Source: Octopus vulgaris | Taxonomy: Eukaryota | Direction: 5' to 3' | NCBI GenBank assembly: GCA_951406725.2 | Contig: OX597829.1 | Coordinates: forward strand, 3,472,001 to 3,536,000 | Length of the DNA stretch: 64,000 nucleotides | Shown here: piece after piece, positions 1-13,629 of the stretch | Layout: the number at the start of each line of letters is the position of its first letter | Position numbering within the stretch: the stretch's first letter is position 1 | Notes under the pieces: model-generated | The model's input: only the letters and a program-made list of their open reading frames with translations | Database searches by the model: none | What the model was told of the DNA's origin: nothing | Program-made: the position numbers and the translations under genes

Positions 1-628
1 CTGTGTCAAAGTGATAGTTATTTTCAATATCATTTTTAAATATTAGCAAGTTCATTCATAATTAATTCAATTATAATTTTTTTTAAATAGTTATATATAA
101 CTTTATCATTGATACCATTTAACATCTATTTCCCTTGGTGGCATGAGCTGAACAATCTAACAGGATCCAACAAGTTTGAGGGCTGCATTGTGCTTTGTGT
201 CAGCCTGGGCTCAGTCTCTGCAGCTGGATGCCCTTCTTAATGTCTACCACTGTACAGTGTACTGTTTTTTTTTCATTGCACCAACACTAGTGATATGACT
301 GTAGTTGGCAAAACTAAGGAAAAAGGGTGGGGAGAGTGAAAATGTGATGATTTGTGGCAAACGGGAGTAAGAGAGGATAGATTTTATAGTTAAGAGGGGT
401 TTGTATAGTGGAGAGAGCAACAGAGTAGACAATATTGCAGTAGGGAATATGAAAAGGACGGGAGGCGAGGGATTACTTTTGGGTCAGTGAAAAAGGGAAA
501 CATTGGGTGTGATAAGGTGGGTTCTGTGAATGTAAATGGAAGGTGTGAAAGAAAAGGGTGGTAGAGGCAAAAATCTGAAAAGAGTTACTGAAGGAAATAT
601 ATTTTATGTTTTTTTTTTTTTTTACTAG

Positions 629-841
629 CTTCATTGCCTATTCGAATTGGATTAGTTCCTCAGCACCAAATTGCGCAACAAATACGGACTACTCTTCCAC
701 ATCAACAATCTCAAAGCTTAGTGCCCGGAACAACCTCTTCAATTGCTGCTGTTGTTCTATCATCTGCTAGTGTAGGGACATCGCGACCAACGTTACCACA
801 ACCTAGTATTGCCACCATTCAAACAAAGGTTTTACCACATG
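629..841 (+). CDS. dom: domino/SRCAP/EP400 exon, ATPase insertion (low-complexity, S/T/Q/P/V-rich)
   Basis: Poly-T tract + TAG acceptor at 627-628; donor G|GTAAGG at 842; 213 nt, phase 1-1; frame continues into the next exon. Confidence 0.8.
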
Positions 842-1006
842 GTAAGGTCCAATAAAGATTTCCTCATTTTTCTCTTCAGTACAAATGTTCCTTTTCTTCC
901 TTGCTATTGTTGCAAATGCATATAATGTTGTATCATCTTTACTATCTTTATCAAAACTAAATTGCATTTGCTCACTTGGTGAATTCCCTGTGCAATTATC
1001 TTACAG

Positions 1007-1156
1007 GTGCACTACATACATCAGGTACTGCTGCAGTTTCTACAACTTCATCTTCCACACCTGTTCTTTCTTCTCAACCCATAACTGTTCAAATACAACA
1101 AACTGATCAGGGAACACGACTCATGATTCCTACAGGCCAGCTTTCGCAATTTTCTA
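1007..1156 (+). CDS. dom: domino exon, ATPase insertion (…VQIQQTDQGTRLMIPTGQLSQFS)
   Basis: TTACAG acceptor; donor A|GTAAAT; 150 nt, phase 1-1. Confidence 0.8.
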
Positions 1157-1629
1157 GTAAATATCCACACCATTCATATTTCTTTTTGTTGATTTAAGAA
1201 ATGTCGTCATTTTATAAGTTTTATGAATTATATTTTTTGTACAAAAATGTTCATTATATTTCATTATATAAGGATAAATATTTATTCCATGTACTAATAT
1301 AGGATAAATATTCAATAATGTCATCTTCTATGATGAGAGATTTTCAGGGGTAAGTGGTCAGTTCTACTTCTGTGGAGTGAAAGGAACTTTTATGATATTC
1401 ACTCTTTCTCAACAGTATAGAAATAGTAAAATACATATGACAGTATTCAGTTAGTGACTTGCAGTTTTGCTGGAGTTTACCACCTGAGTTTGTCTTGTTA
1501 ATTATGCAATGCTGAGTGAGTTTTATAACTTATTGTTGAGTTACATGGAAGAAATTGTTATATTCACGTTTAATGAACTTAGATACTTAAATCTGTTGTC
1601 TGGTGAAGATAATGTTCCCTTCTTTTCAG

Positions 1630-1749
1630 CTGGATTCATTCAGATTATTCAAACTTCTGGGCAGCAATTTATTGCTGCTTCTACACCACCTGTTCAGTCT
1701 GTGATTCCTGTGCAAACTGTAACTAGTACATGTTCTGCAGTACCTGTTG
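1630..1749 (+). CDS. dom: domino exon, ATPase insertion (GFIQIIQTSGQQFI…)
   Basis: TTTTCAG acceptor; donor G|GTAAGA; 120 nt, phase 1-1. Confidence 0.8.
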
Positions 1750-2039
1750 GTAAGATATTTTTCTATTTCAAATTTATGTTGTGTACAGCATGTTAAATGC
1801 TTGTTTGAATAAGAAATTGTACAGTTCTATTTACGATATCAGTATAGAAAGAGAATATGTTAACACTCTATCTTTATTTTTCTGACTATGAAGGTACTGA
1901 AAAGCCATTTGTGTAGTAAAAGTGTTAATCAAAATTTTGTTTTTTGCGATTGGTTTGCAAAGTTCTTGATGTGGATTTGTGTTAAAACAAATCTTGTCTT
2001 GAGAGGGCCATTACGCCAATGACACACACACTGGTCAGT

Positions 2040-3780
2040 TTCACTTCTTTGTTGTTAGTCACTTGGTTAAATATCTAACCAGCTAACTGACCATTTGTTT
2101 AATGTGCTGGTTAAACAATCAATCAGTTGTTCATCAAAGTCCTTTTGTCACTATTTGTAACCTGACCTCTCTTCGCAGGGTCTGAGAATTGGCCTTCTGC
2201 CTGTGTTTATTTCTGCTTGTAGATGTGAGTTTACTTAAAAGAAGAGATAAATGTAGAGTTTGTGTGCATCCACATGACTGCTTGTATGTGTTTGTGTGTG
2301 TTTGCATTAGCTTTCCATGACTTCTTTATGGGTTTGGCCTTTAGTTCAGTCAGCTCAGTCTCAGTTCTGTTGGGAATTGCTTGCCATCCTATAAAGATTT
2401 ATGGGTGTAGTCCCTTACATAGGGAGGGGGAGGGGAGACCAATGTAGGTGTGTTGGTGTGCATGTGTGTGTGAAAAGTATGAATGCACGCAATGTATGGT
2501 GTGCATGTGCACATGTGGCCTTATGTACATGTTCATGTGGTTGAGTTGGTTCTGTATGTTTTTGTGTGTATGCTTCTGTGTTCATTCTTGTGTATGTGTT
2601 CCTGCACGTGTATGTGCCTCTATGTGGGTGTATGCATGGCTGTGTGTGTGAATGTGTACTGTTGCGTATTAGATTTGTTCATGGCTATTTGTATTTGTAT
2701 GGATTTCCTTATATCCGTCTGTAATTCTACTCTTACCTGTAACTATGTTTACCCGTGCATGTGCACACATGCATGGATGATCATTGGAAATGTTTGCATG
2801 TATTTATTCATATGAACTTTCATGCAACTTGACAGTGTTCTAACCTTACCCTTTATATACCTGACTATACTATCACATACATGTCCATCCAACCACACGG
2901 ACACATCAATATTTCATATTGCATATTTCATGGGAGCAACAGTGGTGTTGTAGATCCACTACCTACTGTGTATATTTTCTAGTATTGGTAATATCTCATT
3001 TATGAGAACACTTGCTTATTTGTTGAAGTGACAGGTCTCAGGTGTTTGTACAAAACAACAGTGCAGGAATGCAAGAACAGACAACCACACACAATGCATG
3101 CACACACATGCTGCAACACATAGACACAAGAACACACACTCTTAGTCATTAAAGAAAACTGCACACACATCTATGGGAATGATCTTACATTAGCAAACAC
3201 ATTCACATATGAACATATATACACTTACTTAACCACACGTACATGCACACACATACTGATGCTTGTACACATACCTACCCTGTTCTCCCCTCTCTACATA
3301 AGGAACTATATCCATAAATCTTTATAGGATGACAAGCAAGTGGATCTCAGCAGGTCTGAGACCAAACTGACCCTGAACAAAAGGCTGAACCCTTAAAGAG
3401 GTCACAGATAGCTAATGTGTGCACACACAAATGCACATACAAGCTGTTATGTGGAGATACATAACTACACATGCATGCGTGCACGCACACACACACAAAC
3501 ACAAGCTCTTCATTTACTCTCACCCTCTCCTCCTAAGCAAACACCCATCCATATATTCAAACCTATATGCACACATACAAGCATACACATACACACTGGT
3601 ATAAGACTAATTCTCAAACACTCTGAGCAGACCTTGTAAAGAGAAAGCAAGTCACTGAGAAGTTTGTGAATAGTGATGAAAGGACTCGGCAAGCAAACAA
3701 CTGATTGATTGCTTAACCAGCACATTAAATAAATGATTAGTTTGTTAGTTGGCTAAGTATTTGAGCATTTGACTTATAAT
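2040..3780. mobile_element. large diverged fold-back / inverted-repeat element
   Basis: 2065-2130 is the reverse complement of about 3695-3765; 2310-2450 is the reverse complement of about 3270-3415. Confidence 0.75.
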
Positions 3781-3945
3781 GAAGACGTTATATTGAGCCA
3801 GGATATGTTGTTATTGGTGTGACAACCCTCCCAAGACAAGAGTTATTAAAAATATTCAGTTGAAAAATGGCTGCTAATGATTTTGATTGTGACAAATGTA
3901 GAGGAGACAATAAATTCAAATGTTCTGTTTTTCTTCTCTTCACAG

Positions 3946-4317
3946 TGAACGGTCCTGGTCTAGTGTCTAATTTATCATCCACTACCTCTGTTGCTAGCAG
4001 TAGTAGCAGTGCATCTGTTGTTTCAGTTCCTGCAGTGCTCAAGACTATTCCAACAGTCAATTTGCCTATTACAACAGCTGCTGCTACGGCTGGTAAACCT
4101 GTAATGAAAGTGCAACCTTTGTCTACAGAGCTTCCATCAACCATGCATTACCAATCACAGCAGAAACAAATTAGTCTAACAACAAGTCAGTCTAAACCAG
4201 CTCCTATAATATTGGCTACTGCTGCTGCAGCTGTTACCAGTACGAAGACTACAACTGCTGCACCACAATCAACACCTGCTGCTGCAACCCTTTCTACGAC
4301 CCTTGCGCAGGCAATAG
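3946..4317 (+). CDS. dom: domino exon, S/T/A-rich ATPase insertion
   Basis: Pyrimidine tract + CACAG acceptor; donor G|GTAAAA; 372 nt, phase 1-1. Confidence 0.8.
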
Positions 4318-4495
4318 GTAAAAAGGAAATTATTTTATATGCCCATTTCATCTTGATACTAAATTTTGAGGAATTTGTTGATTGCATATTTAGTAGTTTT
4401 CTTTTTTATTGAAGATGGAGCTATTGTATAGTTTGTGAATCTGTGAACTCTTTTGATATTAGCACTTTCCTTCCTATCATATGCAACTACCTGCT

Positions 4496-4714
4496 TTAAC
4501 TCTTAGCATTCAGCTTATTCTATCAAATGTTTTGCTGATTTATTCAGTTTTGAATTAATCATACATTATCTAGTAGCTTTTACATTTCAATGAGCTAACT
4601 GTTAATTTTTAGAATGCTGTAGGATTGATGTTAAAGGTCATGTCTGAATAGTTTGAACATAAAACAGGTAGAATATTTTGGCCAGATATGGCCATTTTAA
4701 ATATGAAAGGGTAA
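4496..4714. mobile_element. TTAA-flanked (piggyBac-like) MITE family A; other copies at about 12640-12865, 18371-18500, 27136-27337, 49342-49563, 57565-57790
   Basis: Shared TTAACCCTTTAGCATTCAGATTAC…AAATGCTAAAGGGTTAA architecture across copies. Confidence 0.7.
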
Positions 4715-6297
4715 AAAAAATGAAATTTAGTGCTTCCATCAAAATTTCATGCAAGTCCTTTGTTTCAAACTCCAGCTTAACCCTTTTGATACCAACCTGC
4801 CTGAGACCATCCTTGGTCCTATGATTCAAACTTCCAGTTTTATAATAGTCTAAATTAAAACATTCCATCAAAATTTTATGTTCCAAACACCAATGTAATA
4901 ATGACATCATTATTGTATGAAATTCTTCATTATTTTTAAATTTGATTTAAATGAAGGCAGTGTTATTTTGATAGAAATATGATAATAATATGGTTAACAA
5001 TGATAAAATTGTTTCACTTCATAAATTACTTCAAATTATAAGTTTTCCAAAATATAAGATTGTATAAGTTTTATTGGACAATGCAATGTTTAGTTCATTT
5101 ATGAACAATAAAACAATGGTTTGTTTTGCAAAATGCATTTCAATAGAATTAAGTCTGTTGAAACACTGATGTTTTTGGAGCACATCATAATTTCATTTTT
5201 GTTCTTGGAACTTTACTGCCACTTTAATTAAATATTACTGTACATTATAGAATTTTATTGAGGTCATTGTGTTCATTAGACACATAGAGGCATAAGAAAC
5301 TGAAGATTCGGTGGTGTAAGTTGGGGTTTGAAATAGACTGTTGATATGGTAAATAGCTAATTTCATTTACTGTCAAATGAGAATATCATCTTTTCTGTTG
5401 GCTTGTGTTGGATACAACAATGGCTGTAACACTTATGCCATTAATTATAAAGTATTTGTTATCAGTAAGGGATACTGCTCTTCACAGGAATATTGTGGTT
5501 TCCGAAGTAGCATGTCCATTTGTTCTTAATGTGCAGGCAGCATTAAGATTTGTCAAGTTTCTAGCCATTATCTCTTGCTTGAGGAAGTCTGGGAGATGAC
5601 TGATAATCTATTTTATCATTCATCATCAGCAAAATTGACTTCAATACATAAAGAGCTGAAAGGGTTTGAAATAAATAGCACATTCAGCACAAATGATAAT
5701 GCCATTCCGCTGTCGCATGTCATAATTATTCAATTTATCTTCCTGTTGTGGATTATCTTTCCCTGTCTCAGTTTTGCGTCTAACTTCAGATTGCTGTAGT
5801 CTAATGTGTGGTTGAAGTATCATGCACTTTTTAGTAGTTAGTCTTGTTCTCCTATACAGCCACTTCATTGTTTTCTTTCACTTTACCAGTTTGTGTTATA
5901 TAAATCAAAGTCTGCAGCTTTTGCAAACAATTTATCTTTCTGTGTGTTGTAGTTCATGTGCCAGAAATGTGATGTAAGTCAGTACAAATAAATAAGAGAG
6001 ACTGGAAAGTTGAATAAATTACCTGAATGTAAAAAACACCATGGCTACAAGATAATTGACAACAGAGTATTTTTGTATTACAGATGATGATAATTACATA
6101 TGAGTAATTTATACAGATATCATATGGCTGTGTATACTAGGTCAAACAGAGATGTATTCTTGGGATGATAGGACAGTTCAGAACTTTTTTTTAGGATTAT
6201 GAAATGTGGTTTAAAGAGCAACTTTTCCTACAACACAAAAAACATGGTTGCTGATGAATTGTTACTTTCACATTTTTCTTTACTTTGGTTATTATAG

Positions 6298-6416
6298 GTA
6301 GAACATCTCTGCAAGGCCAGACAAGCATTTCACTTACCTCAGCAAGTGGATTTACTAACACCAAACTTGTTGCTGCAAAAGCAGTCGTCCAACAACCAAA
6401 GTCTGAATTATTCTTA
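6298..6416 (+). CDS. dom: domino exon (…QQPKSELFL)
   Basis: TATAG acceptor; donor TTA|GTAAGT; phase 1-0; joins ECLYQKRKQWRKEKL, resembling the SRCAP FYLDSLEEKRK region. Confidence 0.85.
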
Positions 6417-7550
6417 GTAAGTTATATTTTATTTAAACTTCCATTGTTTGTGTGTGTGCATATTAAAGAGAAGAGATTGTTCTTGGAATTGAAAACAGCT
6501 ATATTTCCCAGTGACTGCCAGTTTCATTTTACATTCTTGAAAGTGAACAAATGTTAGGTTTAGTAGCTTACTCGTAATTAGAATCTTTGAAATGTATTAG
6601 TCTCACTCAGAAATGAGCATTGAAGCTATATCATCCTGATAGAAACCTAAATTGTTTTCAATCAAGGCTAATTTTCTTCTTGATAGTTTTGTTTCCTTCA
6701 GCTTTTTTTTTTTTTTGTTTTTGTAATAGTTGAAACTATTACTGTTGTACAAGTTTTTGGGTATGACCTTCCCTGTACTGCCTGATTGAGTGTGTAACAT
6801 TTTCAGCATCTTTGAAATTATCCATGATGATATATGTTGCTTTCTGTGCCTTGATATCCTAAATTGTGTTTTTAGCTGATAGCTACTAGTAAGTAGACCC
6901 TCTCCCCTTGTGCATATTTTACTTTCAATAGTACCTCATAATAGCATTTCTGTGCTTCTCTTTTTTTAGGTATCAATAAGGGGCAGATGCACTGCTAGTA
7001 TTCTAAACACACTTTTTACATCTTGATTCATGCTAGCATGTTTTCTTGCAACCCAGAACACTCCATTTCTTAGATCCCCAGTTTCTACAGAACATCATTC
7101 GTTTCTCTGCAGCAGCTGATGTTTCTTCTTACTACATGATATTGTTTCATATGCCATCCCACAGCCTTTCTTTTAGTCTTTCTAGGCCTGTCTCAGCCTT
7201 TCTGACTCTATTTACTGTACCATTCTATAAGCTCATCTTATTCCATCTGGTTGGAATCTTGCTACATCTAATCTTGATTATCGCTTGCAGCAGTGTGTGT
7301 CTGTATATATGTATGTCTTGTTTCTTCATTTACATAGAACATCTCCTCTGTTATTTATAGGTAAAATATTTCATCAGCTAAAAAAAAATTTTTAATTTAA
7401 AACTTTCAGAAATATCTTATTTACAGTGTTTTCAACATATATTTTTATATGAAAGTTGTGGATGTTGTTTTTTCTCTTTTTTTTTTTTTTTTTTTAGCCT
7501 TTTTTTATGATAATGTTTTGACTATATTTTTGTTCTGCTTTTTCCTTCAG

Positions 7551-7864
7551 GAATGTTTATATCAGAAACGGAAACAATGGAGAAAAGAGAAGTTGGATCA
7601 TTTAGACCGAATAAATAAGAAACATTGTGATATGAATGTTATTTATGGGCAGGATTTATTGGAATCAGTAAATTTATTAAAAACCCCAGAAAAAGCTCAG
7701 TCAGTAAAAAATTTATGGCATGGCATTGGACACTTCCATTGTAAAAAAGTTCATCTTGATTATTCTTATTCTTGTAATTCATTATGGTCTCGGACAGCTG
7801 CATTAGAAAATATGGTAAATACTCCAGAAAAGTACCTTAATGAGCTGTCAGACATTTTATCAAG
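7551..7864 (+). CDS. dom: domino exon (ECLYQKRKQWRKEKLDHL…VIYGQDLL…ELSDILS)
   Basis: TTTCCTTCAG acceptor; donor AG|GTAAGG; conserved SWR1-family end-of-insertion features (YG..L motif). Confidence 0.9.
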
Positions 7865-9397
7865 GTAAGGGCAAATTTAGAATAATCAGATTTTTTTTTA
7901 AATTTAAAATTTTTGTTTGATGTAGTTGTTTGTAACAATGCGTTCGTTAATTGAAAAGTTTTAGAGAATTGTAGGAGTTGGAAATCAAAATTTGATTTGT
8001 AACATTAGTGCCAGGCGATAAATTTTATAGTGGGAACAGTTATAGTGAATGAAAATAAATAATAGTACTTTTTGGATAGTAGATAATATTTTAAGTCACT
8101 TCTGTTTGCCTGAATACTGTGGACATTGGTGTTTACCTCCTTAAAGTGCCAGCAGCACTAAGATTTGTTGGGATTCTCAGCTGTTGGAATGTGAGAGGCA
8201 TGTGTATTGGCTGATTGAATCAATCCCTATAGTTGACTTGTACTTCATTATTTCTGGAAGGATGGAAAGCAGAGTTGAACTTAAGTGAAAACCAAGTATC
8301 ATGCAGCTTTTAAATGTTGGTTAATCTTTATAGATATTTGGAAATATAAAAGGTACTGAATCGTGGGGTCTCTGAACTGAGATGTAATAATGTATCAAAG
8401 AAACAATTATTCCAAGTGTAATATTTTGTTACCCTCACCCTAAAAATAAAGAAATTAAGAGGATCTTAGATGTTGTAAAGAAGCTGGTAGACTGTCACTG
8501 GTTGTGGCTTCAAATTTGCTACTCTTCTTGATTAAGATATATTCTACATATCTCTGATCGTATATTGCTGTTGGGAATAACTATCAGATTGGTAACATTG
8601 TAGAACATCTGCAGATGTTTTATCCACTAGGTTATCAGTTGTTTTCTGTTCACTGGTTGATGTTATTAATCAGCAATTTTAAAAATTTATTTCTAATGGA
8701 GAAGAGTCTATTTTAGAGATACATATTTTAAGATTTCTACATTTTTAAATGTTATTAGTTAGATTGAAGAGACTTGTTGAGTAAGTCTAGAAAAAGAAAA
8801 GAAAACAAAATTGGAGTTCTACCTTATATTTCAGGGCTATGACTCCCTTCTTCAGGACACTTTACAAAAGCGAGGGATGGAAAAAGGTTGTTGTTCCAAT
8901 GTGTAGGGAAGGAAGGTACCATACACAGACTGGTGCTGCTGTAGTAACCAGTCTGCTTTCCTGTAGTTCAATTCTGTTATTTATGGCTGGTTTCAGTTAG
9001 TTGATAAGGAGAGACCTCTCATGATTCTGAGATTGCTCCGTTGGATTGAGTGGCTGTGATGGATACCTTAAATTAGTTAGGCTTCCATGGGTTGGAGGTT
9101 TTTTTTTTTCACTGGTAAAATGCTCCTTTTACTATTTAGAAATATACTTTTGACAGTGAGGCTAAATCAGCAGCATTTTTTTCTCAAGTGTCACTGATAT
9201 GCCTGAAATATTGTTAGAAAAGGAAGTTTATGGTAAGCTTGAGAATTAATTTAAATCAAAACAATTGTACAATAATATTTTGTACAACATAAAAGTGAGA
9301 GAATGCTACAAGAAGTGTATTGGTATTTGAAAAGAAAATATTGTTGGATACAAGAGGAAAAGTTTTAAGTTTCTGAACATTTGGAAGATATTGATAC

Positions 9398-10530
9398 ATC
9401 ATTATTATCATCATTTAACATCTACTCTCCACGCTGGCATGGGTTAGACTGTTTGACTGGACCTGATGAACCAGAGTGCTTTTATGTTCCACTGGCATGG
9501 GTGCCATTTACATAACACCAACAACGTCCATGACTACAATTCGTGGGTGCCATTTACATGGTACCAGCAACGACCACAACTACAATTCACAGGTGCCATT
9601 TAAATGGCACTGACAATGACCATGATTCATGGGTGCCATTTACATGGCACTGGCATTGACCACAACTACAAGGCATGAGTACCATTTACATGACACTGGG
9701 ATGGCCACATCTACAATTTCACTTGGCCTGACATGTCTTCTCATGCACAGCATATTGCCAGAGTCCTTGGTCACTTGTCATCACCTCCGTGAGGCCCATC
9801 GTCTAAAGATCATGCTAAACCACCTCATCCCTTGTCTTTTTGGGTTTACTTATTTACACAGCTCTCATTATTCAGACACATCATATGGCTTTACCAATGC
9901 AGTCGTCTCTCTTGCATACCACATCTAATGCTTTTTGTGCTCAACTTTTCTCTCAAGACCTTTACACTCTGTCATACATGCACACAGACACTGCACATTC
10001 AGTGAAGCATAGTAGCTTAATTTCTTTCAAGCCTATGCATGTCCTCAGCGGTCACAGCCCATGTTTCACTGCCATGTAGCATAGCTGTTCATACACAGGC
10101 ATCATACAGTCTGCTTTGCATTCTGAAGGAGAAACCCTTTACTACTAACAGAAGTAGAACCTCTCTGAACTTTGCCCAGCATATTCTTATTCTTGCAGCT
10201 ACACTTGAAGCACCCACCTCCACTACTGATTTGATCACCTAGATAATGGAAGCTATCAGCTACCTCTGGCTTACCTCCTTGGCATTTGATGGAATCTATA
10301 TTTTCAGTACATCTCTGTTTGTTGTACCTGTGCACCTTCCACGCACAAAATCTATTTTCCCTGTTAACCTTCCTCTGATATTGCTGCACTTCTTATGTGT
10401 CCATAGCTTACACTGGGTACATCTTATGGAGTTGCTACATATCCATTTTCTACAGATCAAGCAGGGCCATCTACCTGAGGAGATTTGTGATTTGTTTACT
10501 TTCCTACTTGCTACAAGTTTAGTTTTCGCT
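9398..10530 (-). mobile_element. 5'-truncated RTE-clade LINE relic
   Basis: Minus-strand EVADSFHYLGDQISSGGGC (RTE RT C-terminal motif); (GAT)n-type 3' tail; about 47-bp tandem repeats at 9495-9700. Confidence 0.8.
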
Positions 10531-11089
10531 AGATTTGACTTGATACAATTAAATAAAATGGAGATAGGGATGAATTTTTAAATTTGAAAATTGTACTGTG
10601 TCAAGGAATAAATCCATTTCCTCTGTGCGTAAAAAAAAACAAAACAAAAAAAAGAAGAAAGTGATTGAGGTAGGATTTGCAGTATGACTTTGTAAAACCC
10701 TCACCAACAGTGATTACCCACCTGCTCAAACAAATAACTGCTAAGTCACTGTTACCAACCTGCTGCAATTTTTGCAACTATTATTTATCCCTGAAACTAC
10801 CCTAAATTCACTATCTTCAGGTCTTCCCTGCGATTCTACTGCAGTTTTTTGTTGGCTCCACTGAGTTGGCCTTCCCTGTAATATAATCCTCATTCAGCAA
10901 AAGTGATAGATATCCCCTTCTTTAGTAATTCGCCAAAACTTGGACTTGTGATTTGAGTAATTATTTTAGTCTAGGAATGTGAAAATATGCTATTTAAAAG
11001 TTAATATTATATGTAATTTATTTTGTTAATTATGTTTCTGAATAGATAATCTCTTGTTATTTATTTAATATCGTTTTTATTTTTCGTAG

Positions 11090-11292
11090 ATTTGTATTTG
11101 TCATCCCACCAGTGACTGTGCCATTTGTAAAGCTCCATGTTTCTCATCCATCTCCATCCTCTGTAGCTCGAGAAAGCTTTCAGAGGTTTATGTTACATAA
11201 TTATGTCTCTCCTCAAACTGCCTGCCTCCACAAAATAGATGCTTGTATGTCAGTACAGTTTCCTGAACTCAGGTTGATACAGTATGATTGTG
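11090..11292 (+). CDS. dom: domino exon (RFVFVIPPV…VQFPELRLIQYDCG)
   Basis: FPELRLIQYDCG is a SWR1/SRCAP/domino signature; TAG acceptor; donor G|GTGAGT. Confidence 0.96.
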
Positions 11293-11502
11293 GTGAGTAA
11301 CCAACTTTCAAACATTAAATCTTTAAATGTATTTGGTGGCATGTTTTAATTAGAATTTAATTGAAAGATACTTCAAACAATAACTGTTTGCCGTTTTATA
11401 GAGTTTATTGTCCTCATTGAAGTAGTTGGAACAATTTTTGCATTAAATTCATAATTTATATGGGGTTATTTATTGAAAATTTTAATATTTTTTTGTCAAC
11501 AG

Positions 11503-11672
11503 GAAAATTGCAGACATTAGACGTCCTTCTAAGACAGTTGAAAACAGGAAACCACAGAGTGTTGATTTTTACACAAATGACAAAAATGTTAGATGTACTT
11601 GAAGCTTTTTTGAATTACCATGGCCATAGATATTTGCGCTTAGATGGAACAACCAGAGTAGAGCAAAGACAG
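11503..11672 (+). CDS. dom: domino exon, HELICc lobe (KLQTLDVLL…HRVLIFTQMTKMLDVLEAFLNYHGHRYLRLDGTTRVEQRQ)
   Basis: SNF2 helicase motif IV and RLDG; CAG acceptor; donor CAG|GTAAAA. Confidence 0.98.
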
Positions 11673-12051
11673 GTAAAATGTTGTTTTAATTAGTTGGAAA
11701 CTAGTTATTTTTGTGTATCATAATACTAAACAAATCATTGGTTTTCCAAAATATTTATATAAAATTTTTTTTCTTTGTCCTATCCATCTGGGAATGACAT
11801 TGGACGTTTTTCATGCTTATAAATCTTCCATTAATGCATGCGATGAAAATTAAACTGAAAACTGTAATGTCTTTATGGATGTATAACTGGTTTACATGTG
11901 ACTTGAAACACTTGGGTTTCTAGTCGAATAGTTGGTGAATTGTACTGAGCAAAAAATATTTCAAAAATGTTGGATTTCATTGTAATATTTCTTTAACCTC
12001 AATAAAAAAAAAAAAAGTGTTGGATAATGACATAATTTGGTTCTTTTATAG

Positions 12052-12276
<225 letters not shown>

Positions 12277-13514
12277 TAAATGAAGAAACGAACAATTTTA
12301 TTATAGGTTGTATAAGGATCCAATTACATTTATATTTAGTGTGTAGGGTAAAGGGATAAATGATAAAATTTAAATACACACAGAAATGTATATTTCCATT
12401 TAGTAAATAGCAGTTTTTTTTTTTTTTTATATATATCGCTACTTAATTTCCACTTATGTTGAACACTTGTTGTTGTCAACCTGCCTGAGACTGCTCATGG
12501 TTCTTGTTGTTGTTTTAAAGAGACCTAAACTCTTCATCAAAATTACTTAATTTGTTCCAAATACTAGCTTAATAGTGAGAAAATTATTATACTAATTCAT
12601 TCATTAGTGTATTTCTACAGAAATAAGGTAACAAAAAGTTTAATCCTTTAGGATTCAGATTACCCTGTCATATGCTTGTATATTCACATAGTTTTCAGTC
12701 AGTCATACATTATATCTTACAGCTTTGAGATTTTGATGTGATTGCTTATTTTTGCAATGACACAGTATGGCATGTATAGGAGGTCAGTTTTTTTTAGCCA
12801 ATATGAACATAAAACAGGTTGTATATTTGGGCTGAATATGGCCAGTTTAAAAGCTAAAGGGTTAAATTTCAAACCTCAGCAAATGGGTAGCCCAAATCTG
12901 CTTGTGTTGATTGCTATTCAAAGACAAGGTAGACTACATTCTATAATGAAAAGTTTTCTTTACGTTGGTTTACTTCATTTATTTTCAAAACACATTCACT
13001 TTTTTGCAAAGGCATGTGCTGGACAAAATTTATTGGAATTTTTCTATGACTAGATGCTTTCCTATCACCAACCCTCACCTGTAAGGTAATATTTCCACTG
13101 TTGCTTCAAACAACAAATAGTTTTCAAATGTCAGTGTAGTGTCAATATAGACATTGACACCATTTGTGTGGATGGTGACCTTGTTTTTATGCAGCATGCA
13201 CACACTCATGCACAACTGGCTTCCTATAATTTCTGTCTACCAATTCACTCATAGGGCATTTGTTAGTCTAAGGCCAGACTGGGTGACATCTGACCACATT
13301 GCCATACACTAAGAAGGAACTCTAAGCCATGTAGTCATAAAGTGAACTTCATGAAATATGTAACTTGATCAAGAATTAAGGATATATATATATACATCCT
13401 TAATTCCTGTTAAGATCAGTTTTATTGTTAATTTTTATATAGGTGATTGCTTTATGCTTTTATTTTGTTCCTTGTAAAAATGCTGATACTTATTCTTGTA
13501 ATAATTTCTTTTAG

Positions 13515-13629
13515 GTTAATCAGTGAAAGAACTATCGAAGAAAATATTTTAAAGAAAGCAGATCAAAAGCGCCTTTTAGGAGATGTGGCCATTGAGGGTG
13601 GTAATTTCACTACTGCCTTCTTTAAGCAG
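13515..13629 (+). CDS. dom: domino exon (LISERTIEENILKKADQKRLLGDVAIEGGNFTTAFFKQ)
   Basis: Conserved post-helicase SWR1 motif; TTTTAG acceptor; donor CAG|GTAAAA. Confidence 0.97.

Noticed and set aside
9495-9700. ~47-bp periodic GGTGCCATTTACA repeat
   Set aside because: Degenerate tandem repeat in the 3' region of the RTE relic; related sequence recurs inverted at about 61310-61400
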